NCBI GenBank assembly: GCA_964016885.1
Contig: OZ024756.1
Location: forward strand, 9,486,001-9,550,000
Origin: Eledone cirrhosa
Lineage: Eukaryota
Length of the DNA: 64,000 nucleotides
Direction of reading: 5' to 3'
Part shown: positions 25,030 through 40,947 of the stretch, in pieces
Layout of the letters: the number at the start of each line of letters is the position of its first letter
Numbering within the stretch: the first letter of the stretch is position 1
Notes under the pieces: model-generated
Told to the model about the DNA's origin: nothing
Seen by the model: only the letters and a program-made list of their open reading frames with translations
Database searches by the model: none
Made by a program: the position numbers and the translations under genes

Positions 25030-25193
25030 CCCCCCCCCTCCACCCTCTTCATCTTCAATAATTCAATAACCAACACCGCCCTCCCCCATCATCCGCTCCA
25101 CCCCCACAACCCCCCTCCACCTCTTATTCTTCATTTCTAAATCAGAGAGAGAAACCTTACAATTCCACATGTAGGCTATATAGCAAATATCTT

Positions 25194-25334
25194 TGTGTGT
25201 GTCAGTGTGTATGTGTCAGTGTATATATGTATGTATCAGTGTGTGTGTGTCAGTGTGTATGTGTCAGTGTATATATGTATGTATCAGTGTGTGTGTGTGT
25301 CAGTGTGTATGTGTCAGTGTATATATGTATGTAT

Positions 25335-25393
<59 letters not shown>

Positions 25394-26418
25394 AATGTAT
25401 ATATGTATGTATCAGTGTGTGTGTGTGTGTGTCTGTGTGTGTGTGTGTGTCAGTGTGTATGTATCAGTGTATATATGTATGTATCAGTGCGTGTGTGTCT
25501 GTCAGTGTGTATTTATCAGTGTATATATGTATGTATCTGTGTGTGTGTGTGTGTGTGTGTGTCAGTGTGTATGTATCAGTGTATATATGTATGTATCAGT
25601 GCGTGTGTGTCTGTCAGTGTGTATTTATCAGTGTATATATGTATGTATCTGTGTGTGTGTGTGTGTGTGTGTCAGTGTATATATGTATGTATCAGTGTGT
25701 GTGTGTGTCAGTGTGTATGTGTCAGTGTATATATGTATGTATCAGTGTGTGTGTGTGTGTCAGTGTGTATGTATCAGTGTGTGTGTATGTGTGTGTGTGT
25801 CAGTGTATATATATATGTATCAGTGTGTGTGTGTGTGTGTGTGTCAGTGTGTATGTGTCAGTGTATATATGTATGTATTAGTGTGTGTGTGTATGTGTCA
25901 GTGTGTATGTATCAGTGTATATATGTATGTATCAGTGTGTGTGTGTGTGTGTCAGTGTGTATGTATCAGTGTATTTATGTATGTATCAGTGTGTGTGTAT
26001 CAGTGTATATATGTATGTATCAGTGTGTGTGTGTGTGTGTATGTATCAGTGTATATATGTATGTATCAGTGTGTGTGTGTGTGTGTGTCAGTGTGTGTGT
26101 ATCAGTGTATATATGTATGTATCAGTGTGTGTGTATCAGTGTATATATGTATGTATCAGTGTGTGTGTGTGTGTGTCAGTGTGTATGTATCAGTGTATAT
26201 ATGTATGTATCAGTGTGTGTGTATGTGTCAGTGTGTATGTATCAGTGTATATATGTATGTATCAGTGTGTGTGTATGTGTGTGTCAGTGTGTATGTATCA
26301 GTGTATATATGTATGTATCAGTGTGTGTGTGTGTCAGTGTGTATGTATCAGTGTATATATGTATGTATCAGTGTGTGTGTGTGTCAGTGTGTATGTATCA
26401 GTGTATATATGTATGTAT

Positions 26419-26461
<43 letters not shown>

Positions 26462-26550
26462 AGTGTGTATGTATCAGTGTATATATGTATGTATCAGTGT
26501 GTGTGTGTGTGTGTGTCAGTGTGTATGTATCAGTGTATATATGTATGTAT

Positions 26551-26587
<37 letters not shown>

Positions 26588-26948
26588 AGTGTGTATGTAT
26601 CAGTGTATATATGTATGTATCAGTGTATATATGTATGTATCAGTGTGTGTGTGTGTGTGTCAGTGTGTATGTATCAGTGTATATATGTATGTATCAGTGT
26701 GTGTGTATCAGTGTATATATGTATGTATCAGTGTGTGTGTATGTGTGTGTCAGTGTGTATGTATCAGTGTATATATGTATGTATCAGTGTGTGTGTATGT
26801 GTCAGTGTGTATGTATCAGTGTATATATGTATGTATCATTGTGTGTGTATGTGTGTGTCAGTGTGTATGTATCAGTGTATATATGTATGTATCAGTGTGT
26901 GTGTATGTGTGTGTCAGTGTGTATGTATCAGTGTATATATGTATGTAT

Positions 26949-26981
<33 letters not shown>

Positions 26982-29086
26982 AGTGTGTATGTATCAGTGT
27001 ATATATGTATGTATCAGTGTGTGTGTGTGTGTGTGTCAGTGTGTATGTATCAGTGTATATATGTATGTATCAGTGTGTGTGTGTCAGTGTATATATGTAT
27101 GTATCAGTGTGTGTATGTATGTATCAGTGTATATACGTATGTATCAGTGTATATATGTATGTATCAGTGTGTGTGTGTGTGTGTGTCAGTGTGTATGTAT
27201 CAGCGTATATATGTATGTATCAGTGTGTGTATGTGTCAGTGTGTATGTATCTGTGTATATATGTATGTATCAGTGTGTGTGTGTGTGTCAGTGTGTATGT
27301 ATCAGTGTATATATGTATGTATCAGTGTCTGTGTGTCTGTCAGTGTGTATGTGTCAGTGTATATATGTATATATCAGTGTGTATGTGTGTGTCAGTGTGT
27401 ATGTATCAGTGTATATATGTATGTATCAGTGTGTGTCAGTGTGTATGTATCAGTGTGTGAGTGTGTGTGTCAGTGTATATATGTATGTATCAGTGTGTGT
27501 GTGTGTCAGTGTGTATGTATCAGTGTATATATGTATGTATCAGTGTGTGTGTGTGTCAGTGTGTATGTATCAGCGTATATATGTATGTATCAGTGTGTGT
27601 ATGTGTCAGTGTGTATGTATCAGTGTATATATGTATGTATCAGTGTGTGTGTGTGTCAGTGTGTATGTATCAGTGTATATATGTATGTATCAGTGTGTGT
27701 GTGTCTGTCAGTGTGTATGTGTCAGTGTATATATGTATATATCAGTGTGTATGTGTGTGTCAGTCTGTATGTATCAGTGTATATATGTATGTATCAGTGT
27801 GTGTGTCAGTGTGTATGTATCAGTGTATATATGTATGTATCAGCGTGTGTATGTGTCAGTGTGTATGTATCAGTGTATATATGTATGTATCAGTGTGTGT
27901 CAGTGTGTATGTATCAGTGTGTGTGTGTGTGTCAGTGTATATATGTATGTATCAGTGTGTGTGTGTGTGTGTGTGTGTCAGTGTGTATGTATCAGTGTGT
28001 GTGTATGTGTGTGTGTGTCAGTGTGTATGTATCAGTGTATATCTGTATGTATCACTGTGTGTGTGTGTCAGTGTGTATGTGTCAGTGTATATATGTATGT
28101 ATCAGTGTGTGTGTGTGTGTCAGTGTGTATGTGTCAGTGTATATATGTATGTATCAGTGTGTGTGTGTCAGTGTGTATGTATCAGTGTATATATGTATGT
28201 ATCAGTGTGTGTGTGTGTGTGTGTGTGTGTCAGTGTGTATCTATCAGAGTATATCTGTATGTATCAGTGTGTGTGTGTGTCAGTGTGTATGTATCAGTGT
28301 ATATATGTATGTATCAGTATGTGTGTGTGTCAGTGTGTATGTATCAGTGTATATATGTATGTATCAGTGTGTGTGTGTGTGTCAGTGTGTATGTGTCAGT
28401 GTATATATGTATGTATCAGTGTGTGTGTGTGTGTCAGTGTATATATGTCAGTGTATATATGTATGTATCAGTGTGTGTGTGTCAGTGTGTATGTGTCAGT
28501 GTATATATGTATGTATCAGTGTGTCTGTGTGTGTCAGTGTGTATGTGTCAGTGTACATATGTATGTATCAGTGTGTGTGTGTGTCAGTGTGTATGTGTCA
28601 GTGTATATATGTATGTATCAGTGTGTGTTTGTGTCAGTGTGTATGTATCAGTGTATATATGTATGTATCAGTGTGTGTATGTGTCAGTGTGTATGTATCA
28701 GTGTATATATGTATGTATCACTGTGTGTCAGTGTGTATGTATCAGTGTATATATGTATGTATCAGTGTGTGTGTGTGTCAGTGTGTATGTATCAGTGTAT
28801 ATATGTATGTATCAGTGTGTATGTGTGTGTCTGTGTCAGTGTGTATGTATCAGTGTGTGTGTGTGTCAGTGTGTATGTATCAGTGTATATATGTATGTAA
28901 CAGTGTGTGTGTGTGTCAGTGTATGTATCAGTGTATATATGTATGTATCAGTGTGTGTGTGTATGTGTGTCAGTGTGTATGTATCAGTGTATATATGTAT
29001 GTATCAGTGTGTGTGTGTCAGTGTGTATGTGTCAGTGTATTTATGTATGTACCAGTGTGTGTGTGTGTGTGTCAGTGTGTATGTAT

Positions 29087-29145
<59 letters not shown>

Positions 29146-29503
29146 AGTGTGTATGTATCAGTGTATATATGTATGTATCAGTGCGTGTGTGTCTGTCAGT
29201 GTGTATTTATCAGTGTATATATGTATGTATCTGTGTGTGTGTGTGTCTGTGTGTGTGTGTGTGTCAGTGTATATATGTATGTATCAGTGTGTGTGTGTGT
29301 CAGTGTGTATGTGTCAGTGTATATATGTATGTATCAGTGTGTGTGTGTCAGTGTGTATGTATCAGTGTGTGTGTATGTGTGTGTGTGTCAGTGTATATAT
29401 GTATGTATCAGTGTGTGTGTGTGTGTGTGTGTGTGTGTCAGTATGTATGTATCAGTGCGTGTGTGTCTGTCAGTGTGTATTTATCAGTGTATATATGTAT
29501 CTA

Positions 29504-29534
<31 letters not shown>

Positions 29535-31300
29535 CAGTGAATATATGTATGTATCAGTGTGTGTGTCAGTGTGTATGTATCAGTGTATATATGTATGTAT
29601 CAGCGTGTGTATGTGTCAGTGTGTATGTATCAGTGTATATATGTATGTATCAGTGTGTGTGTCAGTGTGTATGTATCAGTGTATATATGTATGTATCAGT
29701 GTGTGTGTGTCTGTCAGTGTGTATGTGTCAGTGTATATATGTATGTATCAGTGTGTATGTGTGTGTCAGTGTGTATGTATCAGTGTATATATGTATGTAT
29801 CAGTGTGGGTGTCAGTGTGTATGTATCAGTGTATATATGTATGTATCAGTGTGTGTCAGTGTGTATGTATCAGTGTGTGTGTGTGTGTCAGTGTATATAT
29901 GTATGTATCAGTGTGTGTGTGTGTGTGTGTGTCAGTGTGTATGTATCAGTGTGTGTGTATGTGTGTGTGTGTCAGTGTGTATGTATCAGTGTATATCTGT
30001 ATGTATCAGTGTGTGTGTGTGTCAGTGTGTATGTGTCAGTGTATATATGTATGTATCAGTGTGTGTGTGTGTGTGTCAGTGTGTATGTGTCAGTGTATAT
30101 ATGTATGTATCAGTGTGTGTGTGTCAGTGTGTATGTATCAGTGTATATATGTATGTATCAGTGTGTGTGTGTGTGTGTGTGTGTCAGTGTGTATCTATCA
30201 GTGTATATCTGTATGTATCAGTGTGTGTGTGTGTCAGTGTGTATGTATCAGTGTATATATGTATGTATCAGTATGTGTGTGTGTCAGTGTGTATGTATCA
30301 GTGTATATATGTATGTATCAGTGTGTGTGTGTGTGTCAGTGTGTATGTGTCAGTGTATATATGTATGTATCAGTGTGTGTGTGTGTGTCAGTGTATATGT
30401 GTCAGTGTATATATGTATGTATCAGCGTGTGTGTGTCAGTGTGTATCTATCAGTGTATATCTGTATGTATCAGTGTGTGTGTGTGTCAGTGTGTATGTAT
30501 CAGTGTATATATGTATGTATCAGTATGTGTGTGTGTCAGTGTGTATGTATCAGTGTATATATGTATGTATCAGTGTGTGTGTGTGTCAGTGTGTATGTGT
30601 CAGTGTATATATGTATGTATCAGTGTGTGTGTGTGTGTCAGTGTGTATGTATCAGTGTGTGTGTATGTGTGTGTGTGTCAGTGTATATATATATGTATCA
30701 GTGTGTGTGTGTGTGTGTGTGTCAGTGTGTATGTGTCAGTGTATATATGTATGTATTAGTGTGTGTGTGTATGTGTCAGTGTGTATGTATCAGTGTATAT
30801 ATGTATGTATCAGTGTGTGTGTGTGTGTGTCAGTGTGTATGTATCAGTGTATTTATGTATGTATCAGTGTGTGTGTATCAGTGTATATATGTATGTATCA
30901 GTGTGTGTGTGTGTGTGTATGTATCAGTGTATATATGTATGTATCAGTGTGTGTGTGTGTGTGTGTGTGTCAGTGTGTGTGTATCAGTGTATATATGTAT
31001 GTATCAGTGTGTGTGTATCAGTGTATATATGTATGTATCAGTGTGTGTGTGTGTGTGTCAGTGTGTATGTATCAGTGTATATATGTATGTATCAGTGTGT
31101 GTGTATGTGTCAGTGTGTATGTATCAGTGTATATATGTATGTATCAGTGTGTGTGTATGTGTGTGTCAGTGTGTATGTATCAGTGTATATATGTATGTAT
31201 CAGTGTGTGTGTGTGTCAGTGTGTATGTATCAGTGTATATATGTATGTATCAGTGTGTGTGTGTGTCAGTGTGTATGTATCAGTGTATATATGTATGTAT

Positions 31301-31341
<41 letters not shown>

Positions 31342-31430
31342 AGTGTGTATGTATCAGTGTATATATGTATGTATCAGTGTGTGTGTGTGTGTGTGTCAGT
31401 GTGTATGTATCAGTGTATATATGTATGTAT

Positions 31431-31467
<37 letters not shown>

Positions 31468-31828
31468 AGTGTGTATGTATCAGTGTATATATGTATGTAT
31501 CAGTGTATATATGTATGTATCAGTGTGTGTGTGTGTGTGTCAGTGTGTATGTATCAGTGTATATATGTATGTATCAGTGTGTGTGTATCAGTGTATATAT
31601 GTATGTATCAGTGTGTGTGTATGTGTGTGTCAGTGTGTATGTATCAGTGTATATATGTATGTATCAGTGTGTGTGTATGTGTCAGTGTGTATGTATCAGT
31701 GTATATATGTATGTATCATTGTGTGTGTATGTGTGTGTCAGTGTGTATGTATCAGTGTATATATGTATGTATCAGTGTGTGTGTATGTGTGTGTCAGTGT
31801 GTATGTATCAGTGTATATATGTATGTAT

Positions 31829-31861
<33 letters not shown>

Positions 31862-33964
31862 AGTGTGTATGTATCAGTGTATATATGTATGTATCAGTGT
31901 GTGTGTGTGTGTGTGTCAGTGTGTATGTATCAGTGTATATATGTATGTATCAGTGTGTGTGTGTCAGTGTATATATGTATGTATCAGTGTGTGTATGTAT
32001 GTATCAGTGTATATACGTATGTATCAGTGTATATATGTATGTATCAGTGTGTGTGTGTGTGTGTGTCAGTGTGTATGTATCAGCGTATATATGTATGTAT
32101 CAGTGTGTGTATGTGTCAGTGTGTATGTATCTGTGTATATATGTATGTATCAGTGTGTGTGTGTGTGTCAGTGTGTATGTATCAGTGTATATATGTATGT
32201 ATCAGTGTCTGTGTGTCTGTCAGTGTGTATGTGTCAGTGTATATATGTATATATCAGTGTGTATGTGTGTGTCAGTGTGTATGTATCAGTGTATATATGT
32301 ATGTATCAGTGTGTGTCAGTGTGTATGTATCAGTGTGTGAGTGTGTGTGTCAGTGTATATATGTATGTATCAGTGTGTGTGTGTGTCAGTGTGTATGTAT
32401 CAGTGTATATATGTATGTATCAGTGTGTGTGTGTGTCAGTGTGTATGTATCAGCGTATATATGTATGTATCAGTGTGTGTATGTGTCAGTGTGTATGTAT
32501 CAGTGTATATATGTATGTATCAGTGTGTGTGTGTGTCAGTGTGTATGTATCAGTGTATATATGTATGTATCAGTGTGTGTGTGTCTGTCAGTGTGTATGT
32601 GTCAGTGTATATATGTATATATCAGTGTGTATGTGTGTGTCAGTCTGTATGTATCAGTGTATATATGTATGTATCAGTGTGTGTGTCAGTGTGTATGTAT
32701 CAGTGTATATATGTATGTATCAGCGTGTGTATGTGTCAGTGTGTATGTATCAGTGTATATATGTATGTATCAGTGTGTGTCAGTGTGTATGTATCAGTGT
32801 GTGTGTGTGTGTCAGTGTATATATGTATGTATCAGTGTGTGTGTGTGTGTGTGTGTGTCAGTGTGTATGTATCAGTGTGTGTGTATGTGTGTGTGTGTCA
32901 GTGTGTATGTATCAGTGTATATCTGTATGTATCACTGTGTGTGTGTGTCAGTGTGTATGTGTCAGTGTATATATGTATGTATCAGTGTGTGTGTGTGTGT
33001 CAGTGTGTATGTGTCAGTGTATATATGTATGTATCAGTGTGTGTGTGTCAGTGTGTATGTATCAGTGTATATATGTATGTATCAGTGTGTGTGTGTGTGT
33101 GTGTCAGTGTGTATCTATCAGAGTATATCTGTATGTATCAGTGTGTGTGTGTGTCAGTGTGTATGTATCAGTGTATATATGTATGTATCAGTATGTGTGT
33201 GTGTCAGTGTGTATGTATCAGTGTATATATGTATGTATCAGTGTGTGTGTGTGTGTCAGTGTGTATGTGTCAGTGTATATATGTATGTATCAGTGTGTGT
33301 GTGTGTGTCAGTGTATATATGTCAGTGTATATATGTATGTATCAGTGTGTGTGTGTCAGTGTGTATGTGTCAGTGTATATATGTATGTATCAGTGTGTCT
33401 GTGTGTGTCAGTGTGTATGTGTCAGTGTACATATGTATGTATCAGTGTGTGTGTGTGTCAGTGTGTATGTGTCAGTGTATATATGTATGTATCAGTGTGT
33501 GTTTGTGTCAGTGTGTATGTATCAGTGTATATATGTATGTATCAGTGTGTGTATGTGTCAGTGTGTATGTATCAGTGTATATATGTATGTATCACTGTGT
33601 GTCAGTGTGTATGTATCAGTGTATATATGTATGTATCAGTGTGTGTGTGTGTCAGTGTGTATGTATCAGTGTATATATGTATGTATCAGTGTGTATGTGT
33701 GTGTCTGTGTCAGTGTGTATGTATCAGTGTGTGTGTGTGTCAGTGTGTATGTATCAGTGTATATATGTATGTAACAGTGTGTGTGTGTGTCAGTGTATGT
33801 ATCAGTGTATATATGTATGTATCAGTGTGTGTGTGTATGTGTGTCAGTGTGTATGTATCAGTGTATATATGTATGTATCAGTGTGTGTGTGTGTGTCAGT
33901 GTGTATGTGTCAGTGTATTTATGTATGTACCAGTGTGTGTGTGTGTGTGTCAGTGTGTATGTAT

Positions 33965-34021
<57 letters not shown>

Positions 34022-34379
34022 AGTGTGTATGTATCAGTGTATATATGTATGTATCAGTGCGTGTGTGTCTGTCAGTGTGTATTTATCAGTGTATATATGT
34101 ATGTATCTGTGTGTGTGTGTGTCTGTGTGTGTGTGTGTGTCAGTGTATATATGTATGTATCAGTGTGTGTGTGTGTCAGTGTGTATGTGTCAGTGTATAT
34201 ATGTATGTATCAGTGTGTGTGTGTCAGTGTGTATGTATCAGTGTGTGTGTATGTGTGTGTGTGTCAGTGTATATATGTATGTATCAGTGTGTGTGTGTGT
34301 GTGTGTGTGTGTGTCAGTATGTATGTATCAGTGCGTGTGTGTCTGTCAGTGTGTATTTATCAGTGTATATATGTATCTA

Positions 34380-34410
<31 letters not shown>

Positions 34411-35920
34411 CAGTGAATATATGTATGTATCAGTGTGTGTGTCAGTGTGTATGTATCAGTGTATATATGTATGTATCAGCGTGTGTATGTGTCAGTGTGT
34501 ATGTATCAGTGTATATATGTATGTATCAGTGTGTGTGTCAGTGTGTATGTATCAGTGTATATATGTATGTATCAGTGTGTGTGTGTCTGTCAGTGTGTAT
34601 GTGTCAGTGTATATATGTATGTATCAGTGTGTATGTGTGTGTCAGTGTGTATGTATCAGTGTATATATGTATGTATCAGTGTGGGTGTCAGTGTGTATGT
34701 ATCAGTGTATATATGTATGTATCAGTGTGTGTCAGTGTGTATGTATCAGTGTGTGTGTGTGTGTCAGTGTATATATGTATGTATCAGTGTGTGTGTGTGT
34801 GTGTGTGTCAGTGTGTATGTATCAGTGTGTGTGTATGTGTGTGTGTGTCAGTGTGTATGTATCAGTGTATATCTGTATGTATCAGTGTGTGTGTGTGTCA
34901 GTGTGTATGTGTCAGTGTATATATGTATGTATCAGTGTGTGTGTGTGTGTGTCAGTGTGTATGTGTCAGTGTATATATGTATGTATCAGTGTGTGTGTGT
35001 CAGTGTGTATGTATCAGTGTATATATGTATGTATCAGTGTGTGTGTGTGTGTGTGTGTGTCAGTGTGTATCTATCAGTGTATATCTGTATGTATCAGTGT
35101 GTGTGTGTGTCAGTGTGTATGTATCAGTGTATATATGTATGTATCAGTATGTGTGTGTGTCAGTGTGTATGTATCAGTGTATATATGTATGTATCAGTGT
35201 GTGTGTGTGTGTCAGTGTGTATGTGTCAGTGTATATATGTATGTATCAGTGTGTGTGTGTGTGTCAGTGTATATGTGTCAGTGTATATATGTATGTATCA
35301 GCGTGTGTGTGTCAGTGTGTATGTGTCAGTGTATATATGTATGTATCAGTGTGTCTGTGTGTGTCAGTGTGTATGTGTCAGTGTACATATGTATGTATCA
35401 GTGTGTGTGTGTGTCAGTGTGTATGTGTCAGTGTATATATTTATGTATCAGTGTGTGTTTGTGTCAGTGTGTATGTATCAGTGTATATATGTATGTATCA
35501 GTGTGTGTATGTGTCAGTGTGTATGTATCAGTGTATATATGTATGTATCACTGTGTGTCAGTGTGTATGTATCAGTGTATATATGTATGTATCAGTGTGT
35601 GTGTGTGTCAGTGTGTATGTATCAGTGTATATATGTATGTATCAGTGTGTATGTGTGTGTCTGTGTCAGTGTGTATGTATCAGTGTGTGTGTGTGTCAGT
35701 GTGTATGTATCAGTGTATATATGTATGTAACAGTGTGTGTGTGTGTCAGTGTATGTATCAGTGTATATATGTATGTATCAGTGTGTGTGTGTATGTGTGT
35801 CAGTGTGTATGTATCAGTGTATATATGTATGTATCAGTGTGTGTGTGTGTGTCAGTGTGTATGTGTCAGTGTATTTATGTATGTACCAGTGTGTGTGTGT
35901 GTGTGTCAGTGTGTATGTAT

Positions 35921-35973
<53 letters not shown>

Positions 35974-36333
35974 AGTGTGTATGTATCAGTGTATATATGT
36001 ATGTATCAGTGCGTGTGTGTCTGTCAGTGTGTATTTATCAGTGTATATATGTATGTATCTGTGTGTGTGTGTGTCTGTGTGTGTGTGTGTGTCAGTGTAT
36101 ATATGTATGTATCAGTGTGTGTGTGTGTCAGTGTGTATGTGTCAGTGTATATATGTATGTATCAGTGTGTGTGTGTGTGTGTCAGTGTGTATGTATCAGT
36201 GTGTGTGTATGTGTGTGTGTGTCAGTGTATATATGTATGTATCAGTGTGTGTGTGTGTGTGTGTGTGTCAGTATGTATGTATCAGTGCGTGTGTGTCTGT
36301 CAGTGTGTATTTATCAGTGTATATATGTATCTA

Positions 36334-36367
<34 letters not shown>

Positions 36368-37826
36368 AGTGAATATATGTATGTATCAGTGTGTGTGTCA
36401 GTGTGTATGTATCAGTGTATATATGTATGTATCAGCGTGTGTATGTGTCAGTGTGTATGTATCAGTGTATATATGTATGTATCAGTGTGTGTGTCAGTGT
36501 GTATGTATCAGTGTATATATGTATGTATCAGTGTGTGTGTGTCTGTCAGTGTGTATGTGTCAGTGTATATATGTATGTATCAGTGTGTATGTGTGTGTCA
36601 GTGTGTATGTATCAGTGTATATATGTATGTATCAGTGTGGGTGTCAGTGTGTATGTATCAGTGTATATATGTATGTATCAGTGTGTGTCAGTGTGTATGT
36701 ATCAGTGTGTGTGTGTGTGTCAGTGTATATATGTATGTATCAGTGTGTGTGTGTGTGTGTGTGTGTGTCAGTGTGTATGTATCAGTGTGTGTGTATGTGT
36801 GTGTGTGTCAGTGTGTATGTATCAGTGTATATCTGTATGTATCAGTGTGTGTGTGTGTCAGTGTGTATGTGTCAGTGTATATATGTATGTATCAGTGTGT
36901 GTGTGTGTGTGTCAGTGTGTATGTGTCAGTGTATATATGTATGTATCAGTGTGTGTGTGTCAGTGTGTATGTATCAGTGTATATATGTATGTATCAGTGT
37001 GTGTGTGTGTGTGTGTGTGTCAGTGTGTATCTATCAGTGTATATCTGTATGTATCAGTGTGTGTGTGTGTCAGTGTGTATGTATCAGTGTATATATGTAT
37101 GTATCAGTATGTGTGTGTGTCAGTGTGTATGTATCAGTGTATATATGTATGTATCAGTGTGTGTGTGTGTGTCAGTGTGTATGTGTCAGTGTATATATGT
37201 ATGTATCAGTGTGTGTGTGTGTGTCAGTGTATATGTGTCAGTGTATATATGTATGTATCAGCGTGTGTGTGTCAGTGTGTATGTGTCAGTGTATATATGT
37301 ATGTATCAGTGTGTCTGTGTGTGTCAGTGTGTATGTGTCAGTGTACATATGTATGTATCAGTGTGTGTGTGTGTCAGTGTGTATGTGTCAGTGTATATAT
37401 TTATGTATCAGTGTGTGTTTGTGTCAGTGTGTATGTATCAGTGTATATATGTATGTATCAGTGTGTGTATGTGTCAGTGTGTATGTATCAGTGTATATAT
37501 GTATGTATCACTGTGTGTCAGTGTGTATGTATCAGTGTATATATGTATGTATCAGTGTGTGTGTGTGTGTCAGTGTGTATGTATCAGTGTATATATGTAT
37601 GTATCAGTGTGTATGTGTGTGTCTGTGTCAGTGTGTATGTATCAGTGTGTGTGTGTGTCAGTGTGTATGTATCAGTGTATATATGTATGTAACAGTGTGT
37701 GTGTGTGTCAGTGTATGTATCAGTGTATATATGTATGTATCAGTGTGTGTGTGTGTGTCAGTGTGTATGTGTCAGTGTATTTATGTATGTACCAGTGTGT
37801 GTGTGTGTGTGTCAGTGTGTATGTAT

Positions 37827-37863
<37 letters not shown>

Positions 37864-38147
37864 AGTGTGTATGTATCATTGTATATATGTATGTATCAGT
37901 GCGTGTGGGTCTGTCAGTGTGTATTTATCAGTGTATATATGTATGTATCTGTGTGTGTGTGTGTCTGTGTGTGTGTGTGTGTCAGTGTATATATGTATGT
38001 ATCAGTGTGTGTGTGTGTCAGTGTGTATGTGTCAGTGTATATATGTATGTATCAGTGTGTGTGTGTGTGTGTGTGTGTGTGTCAGTATGTATGTATCAGT
38101 GCGTGTGTGTCTGTCAGTGTGTATTTATCAGTTTATATATGTATCTA

Positions 38148-38178
<31 letters not shown>

Positions 38179-38804
38179 CAGTGTGTATGTATCAGTGTAT
38201 ATATGTATGTATCAGTGTGTGTGTATGTGTCAGTGTGTATGTATCAGTGTATATATGTATGTATCAGTGTGTGAGTATGTGTGTCAGTGTGTATGTGTCA
38301 GTGTATTTATGGATGTATCAGTGTGTGTGTATCAGTGTATATATGTATGTATCAGTGTGTGTGCGTGTGTGTATGTATCAGTGTATATATGTATGTATCA
38401 GTGTGTGTGTGTGTGTGTGTGTCAGTGTGTGTGTATCAGTGTATATATGTATGTATCAGTGTGTGTGTATCAGTGTATATATGTATGTATCAGTGTGTGT
38501 GTGTGTGTGTCAGTGTGTATGTATCAGTGTATATATGTATGTATCAGTGTGTGTGTATGTGTCAGTGTGTATGTATCAGTGTATATATGTATGTATCAGT
38601 GTGTGTGTATGTGTGTGTCAGTGTGTATGTATCAGTGTATATATGTATGTATCAGTGTGTGTGTATGTGTGTGTCAGTGTGTATGTATCAGTGTATATAT
38701 GTATGTATCAGTGTGTGTGTCAGTGTGTATGTATCAGTGTATATATGTATGTATCAGTGTGTGTGTGTGTCAGTGTGTATGTATCAGTGTATATATGTAT
38801 GTAT

Positions 38805-38846
<42 letters not shown>

Positions 38847-39262
38847 CAGTGTGTATGTATCAGTGTATATATGTATGTATCAGTGTGTGTGTGTGTGTGT
38901 GTGTGTGTCAGTGTGTATGTATCAGTGTATATATGTATGTATCAGTGTGTATGTATCAGTGTATATATGTATGTATCAGTGTGTGTGTGTGTGTGTCAGT
39001 GTGTATGTATCAGTGTATATATGTATGTATCAGTGTGTGTGTGTGTGTGTCAGTGTGTATGTATCAGTGTATATATGTATGTATCAGTGTGTGTGTGTGT
39101 GTGTGTCAATGTGTATGTATCAGTGTATATATCTATGTATCAGTGTGTGTGTGTCAGTGTGTATGTGTGTGTCAGTGTGTATGTATCAGTGTATATATGT
39201 ATGTATCAGTGTGTGTGTATGTGTGTGTCAGTGTGTATGTATCAGTGTATATATGTATGTAT

Positions 39263-39305
<43 letters not shown>

Positions 39306-40776
39306 AGTGTGTATGTATCAGTATATATATGTATGTATCAGTGTCTGTGTGTCTGTCAGTGTGTATGTGTCAGTGTATATATGTATATATCAGTGTGTAT
39401 GTGTGTGTCAGTGTGTATGTATCAGTGTATATATGTATGTATCAGTGTGTGTCAGTGTGTATGTATCAGTGTGTGTGTGTGTGTGTCAGTGTATATATGT
39501 ATGTATCAGTGTGTGTGTGTGTCAGTGTGTATGTATCAGTGTATATATGTATGTATCAGTGTGTGTGTGTGTGTGTGTCAGTGTGTATGTATCAGCGTAT
39601 ATATGTATGTATCAGTGTGTGTATGTGTCAGTGTGTATGTATCAGTGTATATATGTATGTATCAGTGTGTCAGTGTGTATGTATCAGTGTATATATGTAT
39701 GTATCAGTGTGTGTGTCAGTGTGTATGTATCAGTGTATATATGTATGTATCAGTGTGTGTGTGTGTGTCAGTGTGTATGTATCAGTGTATATATGTATGT
39801 ATCAGTGTGTGTGTGTCTGTCAGTGTGTATGTGTCAGTGTATATATGTATGTATCAGTGTGTATGTGTGTGTCAGTGTGTATGTATCAGTGTATATAGGT
39901 ATGTATCAGTGTGTGTGTGTCTGTCAGTGTGTATGTGTCAGTGTATATATGTATGTATCAGTGTGTATGTGTGTGTCAGTGTGTATGTATCAGTGTATAT
40001 ATGTATGTATCAGTGTGTGTGTCAGTGTGTATGTATCAGTGTATATATGTATGTATCAGTGTGTGTCAGTGTGTATGTATCAGTGTGTGTGTGTGTGTGT
40101 GTCAGTGTATATATGTATGTATCAGTGTGTGTGTGTGTCAGTGTGTATGTATCAGTGTATATATGTATGTATCAGTGTGTGTGTGTGTGTGTGTCAGTGT
40201 ATATATGTATGTATCAGTGTGTGTGTGTGTGTGTGTGTGTCAGTGTGTATGTATCAGTGTGCGTGTATGTGTGTGTGTGTCAGTGTGTATGTATCAGTGA
40301 ATATCTGTATGTATCAGTATGTGTGTGTGTCAGTGTGTATGTGTCAGTGTATATATGTATGTATCAGTGTGTGTGTGTGTGTCAGTGTGTATGTGTCAGT
40401 GTATATATGTATGTATCAGTGTGTGTGTGTGTCAGTGTGTATGTGTCAGTGTATATATGTATGTATGTATCAGTGTGTGTGTGTGTGTCAGTGTGTATGT
40501 ATCAGTGTATATATGTATGTATCAGTGTGTGTGTGTGTCAGTGTATGTATCAGTGTATATATGTATGTATCAGTGTGTGTGTATCAGTGTGTATGTATCA
40601 GTGTATATATGTATGTATCAGTATGTGTGTATGTGTCAGTGTGTATGTATCAGTGTATATATGTATGTATCAGTGTGTGTGTATGTGTCAGTGTGTATGT
40701 GTCAGTGTATATATGTATGTATCTGCGTGTGTGTGTATGTGTCATTGTGTATGTATCAGTGTATATATGTATGTAT

Positions 40777-40811
<35 letters not shown>

Positions 40812-40908
40812 AGTGTGTATGTATCAGTGTATATATATAGGTATCAGTGTGTGTGTGTGTCTGTGTGTGTGTGTCATTGTGTATGTATCAGTGTATATAT
40901 GTATGTAT

Positions 40909-40947
<39 letters not shown>

